DNA of 64,000 nucleotides from a virus. Positions within the stretch are counted from its first letter, which is position 1. Each line of letters begins with the position of its first letter. Below are positions 62,941 through 64,000 of the stretch, piece after piece. Made by a program: the position numbers and the translations under genes. A model generated the notes under the pieces. That model had not been told where the DNA came from and did no database searches. It saw only the letters and a program-made list of their open reading frames with translations. The stretch is from IMG/VR virus record IMGVR_UViG_3300031417_000380. One strand, 5' to 3'.

Positions 62941-63355
62941 TCATATCAGCTAGCATCTGTAGCTCTCTTCTTCGTGAGATCCAGATCTCACTGTTAACTG
63001 TGTAAACCTCAGCCGGCTTGTGCGGCTTGAGATCTGTCCAAGCCTTGGGTTCACCGACAAACTTAAAAGCAGTTCGAGCAAAATCGAAGAGCGTCTTCCC
63101 TCCGAAGATCGGTCGGATTGCAAACGTTCCAAGTATGGCCGGCGGCAAGATAACGAGAGCGGCGTAGACGATGTTCAGATAGATACCGAAGATCAGAATA
63201 ATCGGCAACGACCAGACTATGTAGAATCCGATAACGTACGAAACCTGCTTGATCGGGATAGGCTTCTTGAACTTGATGTCACCGAGGGCGTACATCTGAA
63301 GCTCTCTCTTAAAGAACCCCGTCATGTTCATTGAAGTGATTTGGTTTCTAGCCAC
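62906..63355 (-). CDS. tcpE: TcpE-family (VirB3-like) conjugal transfer membrane protein
   Basis: FKRELQMYALGDIKFKKPIP, two TM helices, GGKTLFDF...EPK; directly upstream of the VirB4-like gene. Confidence 0.72.
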   Translation of the reverse strand: MARNQITSMNMTGFFKRELQMYALGDIKFKKPIPIKQVSYVIGFYIVWSLPIILIFGIYLNIVYAALVILPPAILGTFAIRPIFGGKTLFDFARTAFKFVGEPKAWTDLKPHKPAEVYTVNSEIWISRRRELQMLADMIEDEGEPSGRV

Positions 63356-63397
63356 CGTACAGTCCTTTACCTAAGCAAGGTGAATATCGCCGGTATG

Positions 63398-64000
63398 TCA
63401 ATCTTCGACAAGTTCAGCTACCGTCTGGTAGTCGGAGATATCTGTGATTTGAGTGATGGTGAGTCTCACGCGCCATGTGTCTTTAAGCCCGGAAAGTCCC
63501 GCATACCGGAAAGACACCTCAAGCATGTGCTTGAAGTCATCGTCAGGCCAAGCTACAGCGTCTGTACCACCGTCAGTAATAGCCTTTACTGTAGGCCAAA
63601 AGTTCGGAGCGTCCATATGGCGCCGTGAGGGCGCGAACACTTCGGTTCTAACAGTGAAGTGTTGCCAGAGAGGCTCAATGGTGAGCTCTTCGTGTTCTGG
63701 ATACGGTAATCTTTCGTTAAGCTCAGCCTCAAGCTCACGATCTGATAGTTCGAGCTTCTTAAGACGTTTAGCAAGTCGTACTCGTTCAGTCTTTCGATCG
63801 AGTGTAGCCTGAAGCTGTTTACGCTTCTCGACTACAACTTCGCGAGCCCCTTCGGGGTGAAGCTCAGTGAAAGCCTCTGCCCCCATTTCGCGTAGCTTGG
63901 CAACCATCTTGCCCTTGACAATGTGATGGTTTGGCATGCTGTTAGAGTTGAGAATGTCTTTGCGAGAGATCTCGAAGTCGAGAGTGGTAGTTTTCTCCAT
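63398..64000 (-). CDS. rusA: RusA-like Holliday junction resolvase (start at window edge)
   Basis: LNSN..HH..K and RRHMDAPNFWPTVKAITDGGTDAVAWPDDD, matching the RusA D..N..K...D.....DD catalytic pattern. Confidence 0.7.
   Translation of the reverse strand: MEKTTTLDFEISRKDILNSNSMPNHHIVKGKMVAKLREMGAEAFTELHPEGAREVVVEKRKQLQATLDRKTERVRLAKRLKKLELSDRELEAELNERLPYPEHEELTIEPLWQHFTVRTEVFAPSRRHMDAPNFWPTVKAITDGGTDAVAWPDDDFKHMLEVSFRYAGLSGLKDTWRVRLTITQITDISDYQTVAELVED

Noticed and set aside
1305-63812. Many long antisense or alternate-frame ORFs in the track (e.g. 1305..1844, 13342..13863, 44883..45560, 50659..51378, 52142..52789)
   Set aside because: They shadow better-supported genes on the other strand or frame and lack start signals.
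1-64000. Jumbo phage or prophage
   Set aside because: No capsid, terminase, tail or lysis genes in 64 kb, while conjugation and pilus genes are present. A phage-plasmid cannot be excluded from this window alone.

Overview
A ~55% GC window that looks like part of a very large conjugative plasmid (or plasmid-like giant element) of an actinobacterium. Host and replicon type are inferred from leaderless TAnnnT promoters, TcpE, a replication-relaxation protein and the absence of phage structural genes. Four zones: (1) 1-5.8 kb, plus islands at ~11.5-13, 21.4-22.7, 24.3-24.6, 31.2-31.8 and 38-40.3 kb, hold small genes built as self-contained cassettes: conserved TTGC-type promoter + short ORF + hairpin with a conserved purine-rich AAG..AGAGC tail instead of a U-tract. 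(2) 5.9-47.8 kb is almost all minus-strand and consists of three expanded protein families I cannot assign to a known family: family A (34 helical paralogs, mostly 210-275 aa, with a conserved C-terminal half), family B (4 paralogs, SLWxxEL and TGxPxxD motifs) and family C (8 genes, TRRxxxNPxE motif). (3) 47.2-50.36 kb is a non-coding, strand-skewed divergence point with 3x 39-bp repeats, 9 GTGTCAC-type palindromes and GAGCGWAGCG motifs that flip orientation: a candidate oriV/oriT/partition locus. (4) 50.4-64 kb is backbone: replication-relaxation protein, PilT-like ATPase, NAD-dependent ligase LigA, an unknown protein sharing LigA's extra N-terminal H-C-C-H tag, CpaE/ParA-like ATPase, CpaB, a short VirB4-like ATPase, TcpE and a RusA-like resolvase. 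No rRNA, tRNA, CRISPR, transposase, integrase or reverse transcriptase was recognised. The best candidates for a new system are the A/B/C paralog mega-array next to the origin, the shared N-terminal Zn-knuckle tag, and the promoter-ORF-hairpin cassettes. All family assignments were made by eye; no database search was run.
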